A stretch of 64,000 nucleotides of DNA from Cloacimonetes bacterium UBA5614 (GCA_002424605.1 DIKQ01000002.1:23483-87482), one strand, 5' to 3'. Positions 45,142 to 55,164 are shown, counted from the stretch's first letter. Program-made: numbers and translations. The notes: generated by a model not told the origin, from the sequence alone.

Positions 45142-45318
45142 TTATGCGCTAAAAACTTCAGGCTTTACGCTTTTGCAGACTTTGCATACCTTGTGTGTCT
45201 TTTCGCCGGCTTTGACTTCGTGGGTCAGTTTGACGCCGGTGCGGTGACAGACAGGGCACTCGCCTCTGCCATGATTGGGCAGGCTTCTAAGTTCCTTTCC
45301 GCGATGATGCTTTGCCAT
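45142..45318 (-). CDS. Small four-cysteine zinc-ribbon protein (58 aa), absent from the ORF track
   Basis: Hand translation gives MAKHHRGKELRSLPNHGRGECPVCHRTGVKLTHEVKAGEKTHKVCKVCKSVKPEVFSA. RBS AAGGAGAA lies 4 nt upstream. A terminator lies downstream. Confidence 0.6.
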   Translation of the reverse strand: MAKHHRGKELRSLPNHGRGECPVCHRTGVKLTHEVKAGEKTHKVCKVCKSVKPEVFSA

Positions 45319-45428
45319 TCTATTCTCCTTGTTCTCATCTAATTATCTTTTTTATCAATTCTATGTGCAATTTTGTGGAGATGCATTTATCGTCAATGGA
45401 AAACTGAACTTCCCCTCTTTTTCGCCGG

Positions 45429-46379
45429 TTATTTCAGCAGGAAAACCGCGTAGGCAATGTAAACGGCTATCAGCATTCCGCCTTGCCAGCGTTCCAGCCG
45501 GTGCCGCCGCGGAATCAGGATAAAGATAAACAGCAGCGCTATGGAAAGAATCATCGCATACTGGTCGGTATTAAAGGACAAACTGTATAGCGGCGGTTCG
45601 ATAATGCTGGTCACGCCCATCACAAACAGCAGGTTAAAGATATTGGAACCGATGATGTTGCCGATTGCGATGTCCGAATGTTTTTTGTAGGCAGCCACGG
45701 CGGAGGTTGCCAGTTCCGGCAGGGAAGTTCCTGCCGCCACAATCGTGAGCCCGATGATTTTTTCGCTGATGCCCATTTCCCTGGCGATTACCAGGGCATA
45801 TTTCACCACCCAGTTCCCGCCCAGAACCAGTCCGCCCAATCCCACCAGGATAAATCCAATGCAGGCAGCCAGCGGATAGGTTTTGATGTGCGGTTGTGCT
45901 TCCGAACCCTGTTTGCTCAAACTGTGAGCGTAAATCAGAAAGAGGCCAAACAAGCCCAAAAGGATAAATCCGTCACCCCGGCTGAGCAGATTGGCTGCGC
46001 CTGCGTCAAACCAGTGGTCGTTTACCATGATGAGCATGACAATTGATGCCAGCAGGGCAAAGGGGATTTCCTTCAGGAAAGTGGCTTTGCGGATATTGAG
46101 CGGATAAATCATCGCGCTGATGCCAAGGATGATGAACACATTGAAGGTGTTGCTGCCGATGATGTTGCCATAGGACAAATCCGGCGAACCTTTCAAAGCT
46201 GCCACGATATTGACTATCAGTTCCGGGGTGGAAGTCCCCAGCGCCACTATGGTAAGCCCGATTACAATCTGCGGAACGTTGAGCTGTTTTGCCAGCGACG
46301 CCGCCCCTTTCACCAGACGGTCTGCCCCCAGCAGCAAAATGGCAAAACCCAAAATCAGCATCAGCATTGAAACAATCAT
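45429..46379 (-). CDS. Ca2+/Na+ antiporter (CaCA/YrbG family)
   Basis: Two alpha-repeat motifs (GTSTPELIV and GTSLPELATS) and 10 predicted TM helices. Confidence 0.88.
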   Translation of the reverse strand: MIVSMLMLILGFAILLLGADRLVKGAASLAKQLNVPQIVIGLTIVALGTSTPELIVNIVAALKGSPDLSYGNIIGSNTFNVFIILGISAMIYPLNIRKATFLKEIPFALLASIVMLIMVNDHWFDAGAANLLSRGDGFILLGLFGLFLIYAHSLSKQGSEAQPHIKTYPLAACIGFILVGLGGLVLGGNWVVKYALVIAREMGISEKIIGLTIVAAGTSLPELATSAVAAYKKHSDIAIGNIIGSNIFNLLFVMGVTSIIEPPLYSLSFNTDQYAMILSIALLFIFILIPRRHRLERWQGGMLIAVYIAYAVFLLK

Positions 46380-46487
46380 ACTTTCCTCACGGAACTATCC
46401 TGCCAGAATTTCCCTTTTATGTCAACCAAATATTCCATATTTGCTATCTGCTTCTTATCCAATCCTTTCCCTCTTCCTCCTTAGGAG

Positions 46488-46543
46488 CATTACGCTATCA
46501 TTACGGAGTTAATGCGTAATGATAGCGTAATGGTAGCGTAATG
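46488..46543. repeat. Perfect 18-nt inverted repeat built from phased TTACGCT 11-mers
   Basis: CATTACGCTATCATTACG (46488-46505) and CGTAATGATAGCGTAATG (46515-46532), plus an extra GTAGCGTAATG unit. Confidence 0.85.
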
Positions 46544-46586
46544 CTATTATGAGACAAGTATGGAAAAAGCCTGAGTAAAATATCCC

Positions 46587-46617
46587 TTGACAAAGCAATA
46601 GTTATAATATTTATAAA
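46587..46617 (+). promoter_or_regulatory. Candidate sigma-70-type promoter for the 46645 gene
   Basis: TTGACA at 46587-92 followed by an AT-rich TATAAT / TATAAA region. Confidence 0.3.
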
Positions 46618-46644
46618 ATTAACTTGTTTTATCTGGAGGAGTCA

Positions 46645-49275
46645 ATGAAAAGAATAGCCCTGCTGTTGCTTGTCTTGTCATCTTGTGCAATAATGTTTTC
46701 AAACGTTTCAACCCCAATCAGGGGAACCCATAATCCGGTTTTAATGCCTCAAAGTGCATCCGCTGAACGTGACCTGGTCCGCAATGCGCCGAACTGGAGT
46801 TTCAGCCGCACACCCACCAATGTGATGGAATCCTGGTTTGACTATATGCCCGGCAGCTACAACGGCCTGCCGATGCAGATTGTTCCGGACAACTACGGCG
46901 GCGGCTATTTTATGATATTTCATGCCAAAAGCACTTCCGCAGCCACCCGCAAGGTTTATTATGCCAAAATTGCTTCCGGCGGAACTGTGGAAGGCACTGC
47001 TGCCATTACCACCAGCACAAACATTGAGGGCTATCCCGCCATGGACCTTGACACAGAATCCGGCAAACCGTTGTATTCGTGGCATAGTAATGTGGATGCC
47101 GATACCCAAAGCGAAATTGTCCTGACCTGGGACAAGCTGACCGGCGGCACTCTCGGCACTTTTTCACCGGTCGGCATAGCCATTAACAACCCGATTACCT
47201 ATCCGGCACCCTACAGTACGACCGACAACGTGTTTTACTGGCCGGAAGCTCAAATCGGCCCCTCGCCCACAGCAGGGATGCGCAGGATATACCTGATGGG
47301 GCGCAACAACATTACACACGCCGGCACAGGCAATACCGTTGAGAACGTTTACATCGCCTATGCGGATTTTGATACGGCAATTCTGGAGGCAGGCACAGCC
47401 CTGACCTGGAGCTATACTTCCATCCCTGATCTGGATACCTGGAACCACGATACCGCAACCTGGCGGCGACCCTATGTTGCGCTCCGGGTAGGCACAGACG
47501 GACGTATCTTTGTCATGGGATACCACACTTCAGTGACAGGCGGACAGCTTTTGGACGAAGCGGATTTGGACGTCTTTGTATGTGACAATTACGGAGCCGG
47601 AGCCTGGCAGCGTTATTCCGTTTCCAGCAAGATTCCCAGCTGGAACCCACCCACCAGCAACGGGCAGGGCCCGGGATATTTTACGGGTATCACAGACGAA
47701 AATGTCTATTGGCGGATAACGGATTCAGGGCATATGAATACAGTCCTGGACAGCGACGGAATGCTGCACTTCAGCGGTTTCTGGAACCTGATGACACTAT
47801 CCGGGACAACCCAAACTGCTCTGTCCGGACTGAACACCGTCAAGGAAGCGATATTTGATACAGACACATTTGATTTTACCATCCGCGAGGTTTATCCTAT
47901 AGCCGGATTGGCTACTGACAACCTGGTCTGGCAACCCTGGGATGAGGATGCAGACGGTGAAGTGGATGCCTATAACCCCACCACCGGCGACCCCATCCTT
48001 AAAACAGACTGGAATTATCCCTACTGGAGCGCAACGGTTCACAATAACGCCATGGGCTATCAATACAACAATTTCAAGCTGACAGAACCCAATGCAGATG
48101 GCTGGATGGCTTGCGTGTGGCAAAACAGCAACCGGGCGCGTGCATACAATTTCCACAGCATCGGTCAGTTCCAACCCTATGCCAACGTTCCGGAAATCTA
48201 CATCGCTGTCTCGGATGACAACGGAGTCAACTGGTCTGAACCGATAGTCATAAACTCGGTGGAAGTGGCTCAGTTCGCCAGCAATATCCCGATGTATGTG
48301 TATCCGGCAGACAAGATTAAAAATATGGGCATGGTCAACGGACACCCGACCGGCAGATTGGCCCTGATGTATTATCACGACAACACCTGGGGCAGCTATA
48401 ACGTAACCCCTGCCATAGGCGCAAACGACGGCGGTTTTGTCCGCTTTATGTCCATAGACATTGATATGGGAAGCCTGGTATCCAGCGGAATCAACGGCAC
48501 CGTAAGAAGAGCGGATAACCAACAGACAATAATCAATGCTACAATTACCGCGGGAGAGGAAACGACTGCAACCAATGAAAACGGCACATACAGCATGGGA
48601 CTTTTGCCCGGGGTGTATAGCGTTACCGCCAGCGCCACCGGCTATGCCGCAGAAACCATTACCAACGTAAACATCACTCCCAACCTGAACCTGACGCTGG
48701 ACTTCAACCTCTATCCGGCTGTTTCTGTGTTTGGCAATGTGAGGAGCCTGAATCCGCCTGCCCTGCTGGAAGGAGCCATAGTATCACTGACAGGCGCGAC
48801 CACGTATGAAGCTGTAACCAATAACCTGGGTAATTTCACCATTCCGGGGGTCAGGATAAACCAGACATACCTTTATGTGGTACTAATGGATGGTTATCAG
48901 ATGGCGACGGGTGTCATTCAGGTGCTGACCGTTAACTTCAACATGGGTGTGATAATCCTGCAGCCGGTGTCAAACGATGATGATGTGGCAGCTCTTTATA
49001 CCGATAATCTACTGGGAGCAGCCCCCAATCCTTTCAGGGACATCACCTGCCTTACTTATACCCTGGAAAAGGCAGCGCCAGTTCAAATGGAAATCTATAA
49101 CGTACGCGGACAACTGATAAATACAATAGCCATAAACGATAATGCCAAAGGACTGAATACCGCGGTTTGGGACGGCAGAGACAGCCAGGGCAGAAAATCC
49201 GCTGCGGGAGTATATTTCTGCCGGATGAAGACACCCGGCTACTCCGGAACACAGAAGGTCATGCTATTGAAGTAG
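46645..49275 (+). CDS. Large secreted protein with CarboxypepD_reg-like modules and T9SS-type C-terminal sorting domain
   Basis: ATG after GGAGG. Signal peptide MKRIALLLLVLSSCAIMFS. C-terminus has APNPFRDITCLTYTL...MEIYNVRGQLI...WDGRDSQGRKSAAGVYFCRM. Confidence 0.85.
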   Translation: MKRIALLLLVLSSCAIMFSNVSTPIRGTHNPVLMPQSASAERDLVRNAPNWSFSRTPTNVMESWFDYMPGSYNGLPMQIVPDNYGGGYFMIFHAKSTSAATRKVYYAKIASGGTVEGTAAITTSTNIEGYPAMDLDTESGKPLYSWHSNVDADTQSEIVLTWDKLTGGTLGTFSPVGIAINNPITYPAPYSTTDNVFYWPEAQIGPSPTAGMRRIYLMGRNNITHAGTGNTVENVYIAYADFDTAILEAGTALTWSYTSIPDLDTWNHDTATWRRPYVALRVGTDGRIFVMGYHTSVTGGQLLDEADLDVFVCDNYGAGAWQRYSVSSKIPSWNPPTSNGQGPGYFTGITDENVYWRITDSGHMNTVLDSDGMLHFSGFWNLMTLSGTTQTALSGLNTVKEAIFDTDTFDFTIREVYPIAGLATDNLVWQPWDEDADGEVDAYNPTTGDPILKTDWNYPYWSATVHNNAMGYQYNNFKLTEPNADGWMACVWQNSNRARAYNFHSIGQFQPYANVPEIYIAVSDDNGVNWSEPIVINSVEVAQFASNIPMYVYPADKIKNMGMVNGHPTGRLALMYYHDNTWGSYNVTPAIGANDGGFVRFMSIDIDMGSLVSSGINGTVRRADNQQTIINATITAGEETTATNENGTYSMGLLPGVYSVTASATGYAAETITNVNITPNLNLTLDFNLYPAVSVFGNVRSLNPPALLEGAIVSLTGATTYEAVTNNLGNFTIPGVRINQTYLYVVLMDGYQMATGVIQVLTVNFNMGVIILQPVSNDDDVAALYTDNLLGAAPNPFRDITCLTYTLEKAAPVQMEIYNVRGQLINTIAINDNAKGLNTAVWDGRDSQGRKSAAGVYFCRMKTPGYSGTQKVMLLK

Positions 49276-49315
49276 CCGGAGATAATAAATACTGACTGCT
49301 ATATTTAACGGTCTG

Positions 49316-49738
49316 CTAATTGATTAGCTGAAGGAATTCGTCTATTCTTTCTTCTATCATGTCCTTGACGGCAACAGTCTGCATGAACTTTTCCTCGTAA
49401 CTTCCTTCAAAAGATGAAGGATCGGGAAAACTCCAGTGGAGGTACTTAACTGCTCCGGGAAAAATGGGGCAGCGTTCTCCGCTGGCAGCGTCACAGACAG
49501 TGATTACATAATGGAAGCTGGCGCCTTTTCTGAATAAATCAAACACGTTTTTGGTTTCTTTGCCGGAAATGTCTATACCCAGGGTGGATAAGACGTCAAC
49601 GACTATCGGATTCAGCTTTCCAGGCTCCAGTCCGGCGCTTTCCACATGGATGGGACCATTAGATTTCTTCCGAAGCAGCTCTTCTGCAATCTGGCTGCGG
49701 GCAGAATTATGAACACAGACGAACAAAACTCTTAGCAT
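49316..49738 (-). CDS. Low-molecular-weight phosphatase / ArsC-type arsenate reductase
   Basis: CX5R(S) P-loop in VCVHNSARSQ. Confidence 0.8.
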   Translation of the reverse strand: MLRVLFVCVHNSARSQIAEELLRKKSNGPIHVESAGLEPGKLNPIVVDVLSTLGIDISGKETKNVFDLFRKGASFHYVITVCDAASGERCPIFPGAVKYLHWSFPDPSSFEGSYEEKFMQTVAVKDMIEERIDEFLQLIN

Positions 49739-50403
49739 CAGTTCTCCCTGTCAGTGTTCTCAAGCTGATGTTTGATTACCCTGCCCTGGACAAGATAAAC
49801 GGTGTTTTCACCAATGTTTGTGCTCAAATCACCGATGCGTTCCAGGTTTTTGGTAATCCGCAGCAGGTGCAGGTAGTATTCAATCTGGAGGGGATTTTCT
49901 TTGATGAGAACTATCAGCTGGTTTGTTATGCGTCGGTTGTAGCTATCCACGATTTCATCCTGACGGCAAACCAGGCGTGCGTTTTCCACATCTTCATTGG
50001 TGTAGGCGGCAATACTCTGGTGCAGCATTTTCAGCGTGACATCCATCATGCTGGACAGCTCCGGAATATCGGCATTGTGAGGATTGCCTGCAACGATATT
50101 GACGCTTTCGGCAATGTTGACCGCCTGGTCGCCCAGCCTTTCCAGGTCGTTGTTTATCTTATAAATCATCAGGATTATACGCAGGTCCTTAGCTTCGGGA
50201 TGATGCCTTGCCATAAGGACGATACAATCGTCTTCGATTTCCATCTCCAGGCGGTTTACCCTCTGCTCGTATTCCATCACTTCATTATATTTGTTGTTGC
50301 CTGTTTCAATACCTTCAAATGAATAAGCCACCATCTTCTCAACCAGGGCAGCCATCTCCAGTATCTTCTTCTTTAGTTCTGTTACTTTTTCTGTAAGCAT
50401 CAT
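49738..50403 (-). CDS. phoU: Phosphate uptake regulator
   Basis: Duplicated PhoU repeats (DLERLGDQAVNIAE and NLERIGDLSTNIGE). Confidence 0.9.
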   Translation of the reverse strand: MMLTEKVTELKKKILEMAALVEKMVAYSFEGIETGNNKYNEVMEYEQRVNRLEMEIEDDCIVLMARHHPEAKDLRIILMIYKINNDLERLGDQAVNIAESVNIVAGNPHNADIPELSSMMDVTLKMLHQSIAAYTNEDVENARLVCRQDEIVDSYNRRITNQLIVLIKENPLQIEYYLHLLRITKNLERIGDLSTNIGENTVYLVQGRVIKHQLENTDREN

Positions 50404-50409
50404 TTCTCC

Positions 50410-51168
50410 TTATCCAAATACACCGGTCAGGTAGGCTTCGGTTCTCTTGTCCTGTGGTACAGTAAATACCTTGTTGGTCTCACCGAATTCCACCAGTTCG
50501 CCCAAATACATGAAAGCAATGTAGTCAGAAATACGTCCGGCTTGGGCAATGTTATGTGTGACTATAAGAATTGTCACCATGTTTTTTAGTTCAAGGCAGA
50601 GTTCTTCAATTTTAGAGGTAGATTGCGGGTCAAGAGCTGAGGTCGGTTCGTCCAGCAGAAGGACTTCAGGGTTGTTTGCCAGAGCTCTGGCGATGCAGAG
50701 TCTCTGCTGCTGCCCACCTGAAAGCGACATGGCCGATTCGTTTAGACGGTCCTTGACCTCATCCCAAAGCCAGGCGTCCCGCAGGCTTTTTTCCACACGA
50801 TCCTCGATTTGAGACCGGTTGAACTTTCCCTGGACCGCCATTCCGAAAGCGACGTTGTTGAAAATGCTCTTGGGGAAGGGATTGGGTTTTTGGAACACCA
50901 TGCCCACTCTGGTGCGGAGATTGGTCACGTCAGCTTTTGAGCGATAAATATCCTCACCATCCAGCAGAACTTTGCCTGAGATGCGAGTTTCATCAATCAG
51001 GTCATTCATACGGTTAAAGGTTCTGAGCAAAGTAGATTTACCGCAGCCGCTGGGACCAATCATAGCAGTTATTTTCTTTTCCGTTACGCCCATGCTGACA
51101 TCGTGTAAAACGTGATTGTTTCCGAACCAAAGATTGAGTTTTAGGGTTTGAATCTGATTTGTTACCAT
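50410..51168 (-). CDS. pstB: Phosphate ABC transporter ATP-binding protein
   Basis: [22 protein letters not shown] and [11 protein letters not shown] motifs. Confidence 0.95.
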   Translation of the reverse strand: MVTNQIQTLKLNLWFGNNHVLHDVSMGVTEKKITAMIGPSGCGKSTLLRTFNRMNDLIDETRISGKVLLDGEDIYRSKADVTNLRTRVGMVFQKPNPFPKSIFNNVAFGMAVQGKFNRSQIEDRVEKSLRDAWLWDEVKDRLNESAMSLSGGQQQRLCIARALANNPEVLLLDEPTSALDPQSTSKIEELCLELKNMVTILIVTHNIAQAGRISDYIAFMYLGELVEFGETNKVFTVPQDKRTEAYLTGVFG

Positions 51169-52016
51169 TTTCTTTTCTTCCTGATGCGATATCTGATTAT
51201 GATAGCTGTAGCGCTGATGCTGAGCACCAGCATTAGAAGCACCACAGCTGTTCCGTAAGCAATAGGAACCTGTGATTCTGCCTTGGTTCCTTCGGTCATC
51301 AATGCATAAATATGATAGGGCAAAGCCATTACTTCATCAAAGATGCCGTTTGGTAAACGGCGTGAGTAGAAGGTGGCTGCCGTGAACATAATGGGAGCTG
51401 TCTCTCCGGCGACTCTGCCGATACTGATAATTGTGCCTGTAAGGATATTGGGAAGGGCTGTCGGGATGAGAACCCGCATGATGGTCTGGCGCTTTGTAGC
51501 TCCCAAGGCCAGCGATGCATCGCGAAAATCAACCGGGACGCTTTTCAGGGCTTCCTCTGATGCGTTGATAATCATCGGCAAAGCCAGAACTGCAAGAGTT
51601 AGTGCTCCGGCGATTATGGAAACGTCAAAACGGAGCATATTCACAAACAATGCCATTCCAAACAGACCGTAAATTATTGATGGAACGCCTGCCAAAGTGT
51701 TGATGGAGATGCGGATAATCCTGACCAGCCAGGCAGGTTTGCCATATGCATTCAGCCAGATAGCTGTCATTATTCCCAGTGGGAAAGCAATTCCTATGGA
51801 TGTTACTGTCAGCCAAAAGGTGCCGACCAATGCAGGGTATATCCCTCCAGCGGTCATAGAGTTCTTAGGGGGTGTTGTCAGAAACTGCCAACTGATTACA
51901 CTCAGTCCTTTGGAAAAAATCCTGAACAGGAATGCAATGAGAAAAAGAGCGGTAACTGCCAGGCATAGCCTTAGCAGATTTATTCCTATATGGCTTTTAA
52001 GCCGTCTGTATGTCAT
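51162..52016 (-). CDS. pstA: Phosphate ABC transporter permease
   Basis: BPD-type permease with an EAA-like loop. Position in the pst operon. Confidence 0.9.
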   Translation of the reverse strand: MTYRRLKSHIGINLLRLCLAVTALFLIAFLFRIFSKGLSVISWQFLTTPPKNSMTAGGIYPALVGTFWLTVTSIGIAFPLGIMTAIWLNAYGKPAWLVRIIRISINTLAGVPSIIYGLFGMALFVNMLRFDVSIIAGALTLAVLALPMIINASEEALKSVPVDFRDASLALGATKRQTIMRVLIPTALPNILTGTIISIGRVAGETAPIMFTAATFYSRRLPNGIFDEVMALPYHIYALMTEGTKAESQVPIAYGTAVVLLMLVLSISATAIIIRYRIRKKRKW

Positions 52017-52882
52017 CGCGCGCTCCTTTTCAGGAAGACGATTTCAGTGAAGATATTGGTGGCAAAGGTTATCAAAAAAAGCACTATGGCTATGGCAAAG
52101 AGCGATTGATAATGCAGGTCTCCCACGACCGTTTCTCCCATTTCTGCGGCAATGGCACTGGTCATTGGCCGGGTAGAATGGAATATGCTTGAGGGGATTT
52201 TTGCAGAACCGCCAGCCACCATCAGAACTACCATGGTTTCGCCTATTGCTCTGCCAAAACCTATCAGGGTGCTGCCGATGATTCCTCTTTTAGCTGCAGG
52301 GACTACCACCCTGACTATAGTCTCCCACTTTGTCGCTCCAAGGGCAAGGGATGATTCTCTCAACGCTTTGGGAACAGTACTTAGTGCGTCTTCAGACATA
52401 CTGGCAATGATTGGGATGACCATTATGCCCAATATGATTGAAGAAGTAAAGACATTCAATCCCGTTGGCAGATTGAACCATTGCCTCACAGCCGGAGCAA
52501 GGAAAGCCATGCCGAACAGCCCATATATGACAGAGGGTATAGCTGCCAATAGCTCAATAATGGGTTTGGCTATTTCGCGCATGCGAGGGCTGGCAACCTC
52601 TGAAATGTAAACAGCAGAGCCAAGTCCCAGGGGAAGGGCAACCACGAGAGCTCCCAATGTTACATAGACAGAGCCAATGATAAGAGTCCAGATACCAAAT
52701 TCCGGTATCTCATGGGTTGGATACCAGGCGCTGCCAAAGATGAAGTCCTGAAGCTTCACCACCTTTAGTATGGGAAGCCCTTCCCGGAATATGCTATAGA
52801 TGATTCCAAACAGGAAGATGATTACGAACAGGGAAGCTGTGTAGGTCAGTGCTTTGAAGAGCTTTTCTTTATATGTATTCAT
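52013..52882 (-). CDS. pstC: Phosphate ABC transporter permease
   Basis: Permease pattern. ATG 52882 (MNTYKEKLF) chosen after AAGGAA. The ORF-track start is 52951. Confidence 0.88.
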   Translation of the reverse strand: MNTYKEKLFKALTYTASLFVIIFLFGIIYSIFREGLPILKVVKLQDFIFGSAWYPTHEIPEFGIWTLIIGSVYVTLGALVVALPLGLGSAVYISEVASPRMREIAKPIIELLAAIPSVIYGLFGMAFLAPAVRQWFNLPTGLNVFTSSIILGIMVIPIIASMSEDALSTVPKALRESSLALGATKWETIVRVVVPAAKRGIIGSTLIGFGRAIGETMVVLMVAGGSAKIPSSIFHSTRPMTSAIAAEMGETVVGDLHYQSLFAIAIVLFLITFATNIFTEIVFLKRSAR

Positions 52883-52991
52883 TGGTTCCTTTTTGTTTTT
52901 TTCTATTATTAACGCTTTGGTGGGGCGGCTCTGCAACCGCCCCACACTCAACTTAGGCTCACAGGGAGGTATGAGTTATTGATGAGATTAT

Positions 52992-53807
52992 CTATTTAAC
53001 TGAGATGAAACCCTGGTCTTCCACAAGCTTCTGTCCCTTATCGGAAAAGATGAAGTTCAGGAATCTTGCTACGTCGCCGGTCGCTTTGCCATTGGTGTAC
53101 ATATACAATTTACGGGCAATCTTGTACTCACCGCTTTTGATGGTGGCAACTGTGGGCATCACATTTTCAACGGTTACTATCTTTGTTTTGTCGGTTACAT
53201 AACCAAGTCCGATATAGGCGATAGCGCCGGGAGTGTCACCTACTGTTGTGGCACAAGCATTGTTGGATGCCAGCATCATAGCAGAATCGATAACCTTCGC
53301 ACCACCCAGAACTTTTTCATTGAACACTTCAAAGGTTCCTGATGCCACGTCACGGGAGACGATAACGATGGGCATATTGGGTCCGCCCACCTGGTTCCAG
53401 TTGGAAATCTTACCGGTGTAGATATCTTTAATCTGTTTGATGGTCAGGTTTTTTACTGTATTTGTCTTATGCACAACCATAGTGATGCCGTCGTTGGCCA
53501 CAGCATAACCGGTGGGATTGACGCCGGCAGATTTGGCAGTGGTGATTTCTTTGGCTTTCATGGGACGGGATGAATTGGCAATGGTGCAGGTCTTGTTAAT
53601 AAGAGCTGCTACACCCACACCGGAACCGCCGCCTCGGACCGAGATATTGACGCTGTTCTTATCCATAAAGGCTTCTGCCGCTGCCTGGGCAATGGGAAGC
53701 ACTGTGGTGGAACCGGTGATGGTTATCTGGTTTTTCTTCTGGGCCAGAAGAGGGCTTACCATAATCAGCACAAGGCTGAGAATCAAGATAATACTAATAT
53801 TCTTCAT
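52992..53807 (-). CDS. pstS: Phosphate-binding protein
   Basis: Signal peptide MKNISIILILSLVLIMVS, then GSTTVLPIAQAAAEAF. ATG 53807 follows GGAG. Confidence 0.9.
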   Translation of the reverse strand: MKNISIILILSLVLIMVSPLLAQKKNQITITGSTTVLPIAQAAAEAFMDKNSVNISVRGGGSGVGVAALINKTCTIANSSRPMKAKEITTAKSAGVNPTGYAVANDGITMVVHKTNTVKNLTIKQIKDIYTGKISNWNQVGGPNMPIVIVSRDVASGTFEVFNEKVLGGAKVIDSAMMLASNNACATTVGDTPGAIAYIGLGYVTDKTKIVTVENVMPTVATIKSGEYKIARKLYMYTNGKATGDVARFLNFIFSDKGQKLVEDQGFISVK

Positions 53808-53824
53808 TTTAACTCCTGTAAAAA

Positions 53825-54946
53825 TTAGTTGGAAATGGTGCTTGAGAAGCGCCACTTGAGCTGAAGCATGATCTGGCTGCTGTCTTTAGCGCCGTCGGCA
53901 TAAGCCGGGGCAGAGTCATCTTCGTTATATTTTTTCATCGTGTAATTCAACTGCAGCTGCATGGCAGGCACATTGGCGGCATCGTGGAAGAAATTATAGT
54001 TTGCGCCGATTGTGGTGGCATTGAGCTTATAGAAGGAAGTGCTGGAAGGATTGTCTGTCTCATCCCAGATATCGTACCTGCCGATAAGCTGGACATTATG
54101 TCCCAGGATTGGCTGCAGGGATATGATGGGCATAATCATCAGACCGGTAGCGGTGTAATCCTTGTTGGTATCGTTAGGGAATTTCCTGTCTTTGGATATG
54201 TATTCACCCCAGAGGTCAACTATGCTGTAATTCAAGCGGATGACACCATCCATCAGGTTCTGCTCTTCATAACCAGCTACAGGAGCATCGTCTGCCAGGG
54301 CTTTTTCGCGCTTGACGCTGTTCATCATATAAGAACCGCCGACTGTGACGCCGGGAATCGGGGTGAGGCGCAGGTTTGCCAGATAAGCAAAATCTGTGTT
54401 ATCATTCAGAGCGGTGCCGAATTTCTTATAGCCTTCTCCGTTATATGCGCCCAGGGCATATTCGCCGTAACCGCCGGGAATGAACCCGTTCACTGTAAGG
54501 CCGTAGTCGGCGGAGTTGGCAACTTTATATTCATCTGTCGGGGCTTTGCCGATTAATGTATAGTTCCAGTCATAAATGGTGCCGAAATACACTTTTTGCA
54601 AACCGGCTGTCAATACCAGTTCAGGAATGGGGGTGAGTCTGCCAAAATCCACATAGGCATATTTCAGTTTCAGGCCGGCGCCATCAACTTCGGTATCAGT
54701 GGAAAACATATCTACTGTAAAACGAGCTTTGGTGTTTTCGGTGAAAGTGGTTTCCAGCCCGAAGTATCCTCTTTCCAGGGCGAAGAAGTTTTTGGATATC
54801 TTGTCTTTTCCGTCGGCGGCTTTAATCTGTTCGTTTGTCCAGCGTCCCCACATTTCTCCGCTTACTTTGGTGGGAAGGGCATTAATCAGGATTGGAGTGA
54901 TAAGTAATACTGCCAATAACCATTTTGCATTGCTTTTTAGTGACAT
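53825..54946 (-). CDS. Outer-membrane porin, probably phosphate-selective (OprO/P-like)
   Basis: Signal peptide, beta-barrel pattern, terminal ...KWRFSSTISN. First gene of the pst operon. Confidence 0.6.
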   Translation of the reverse strand: MSLKSNAKWLLAVLLITPILINALPTKVSGEMWGRWTNEQIKAADGKDKISKNFFALERGYFGLETTFTENTKARFTVDMFSTDTEVDGAGLKLKYAYVDFGRLTPIPELVLTAGLQKVYFGTIYDWNYTLIGKAPTDEYKVANSADYGLTVNGFIPGGYGEYALGAYNGEGYKKFGTALNDNTDFAYLANLRLTPIPGVTVGGSYMMNSVKREKALADDAPVAGYEEQNLMDGVIRLNYSIVDLWGEYISKDRKFPNDTNKDYTATGLMIMPIISLQPILGHNVQLIGRYDIWDETDNPSSTSFYKLNATTIGANYNFFHDAANVPAMQLQLNYTMKKYNEDDSAPAYADGAKDSSQIMLQLKWRFSSTISN

Positions 54947-54992
54947 TTCAGTCTCCTTGGTTTTTATTTCCGAGTTGTATATACGTTACAAA

Positions 54993-55042
54993 TGTTAAGA
55001 TTGTATAAAGCGATTGTTAAGATTGGGTTAAATTCCTGTAGC
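54993..55042 (-). promoter_or_regulatory. Pho-box-like array (TTAACA-type hexamers every 11 nt, read on the minus strand)
   Basis: On the plus strand, 11-mers start TGTTAAG, TATAAAG, TGTTAAG, GGTTAAA and TGTAGCA at 54993, 55004, 55015, 55026 and 55037. Confidence 0.5.
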
Positions 55043-55102
55043 AATGTAAAAAAGCCCTGAAATCCTTTGCTATCAATGCAGAAAGTGGTATGTTAAGAAT
55101 AT

Positions 55103-55119
55103 TTAACCGGAAATTAACC
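55103..55119 (+). promoter_or_regulatory. Pho-box-like dimer TTAACC-N5-TTAACC upstream of phoB
   Basis: Direct hexamer repeat at 55103 and 55114 (11-nt period), about 50 nt upstream of the start codon. Confidence 0.45.
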
Positions 55120-55164
55120 TTTTTTACTTGTCAGATAAACAATTAACCATATGTTGTGTATCAT

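Noticed and set aside
45139-45342. 67-aa plus-strand ORF in the rsmA-antiporter gap.
   Set aside because: It has no RBS and is hydrophobic and low-complexity. The minus strand carries a better-supported 58-aa zinc-ribbon ORF with an RBS and a terminator.
46624-46644. Upstream alternative starts proposed by the ORF track: TTG 46624, 52951, 53855, 58077, 36406, 32486, 41319 and 55775.
   Set aside because: The internal starts are preceded by Shine-Dalgarno-like sequences and give canonical signal peptides or N-termini. The longer versions overlap upstream genes or add non-homologous residues.
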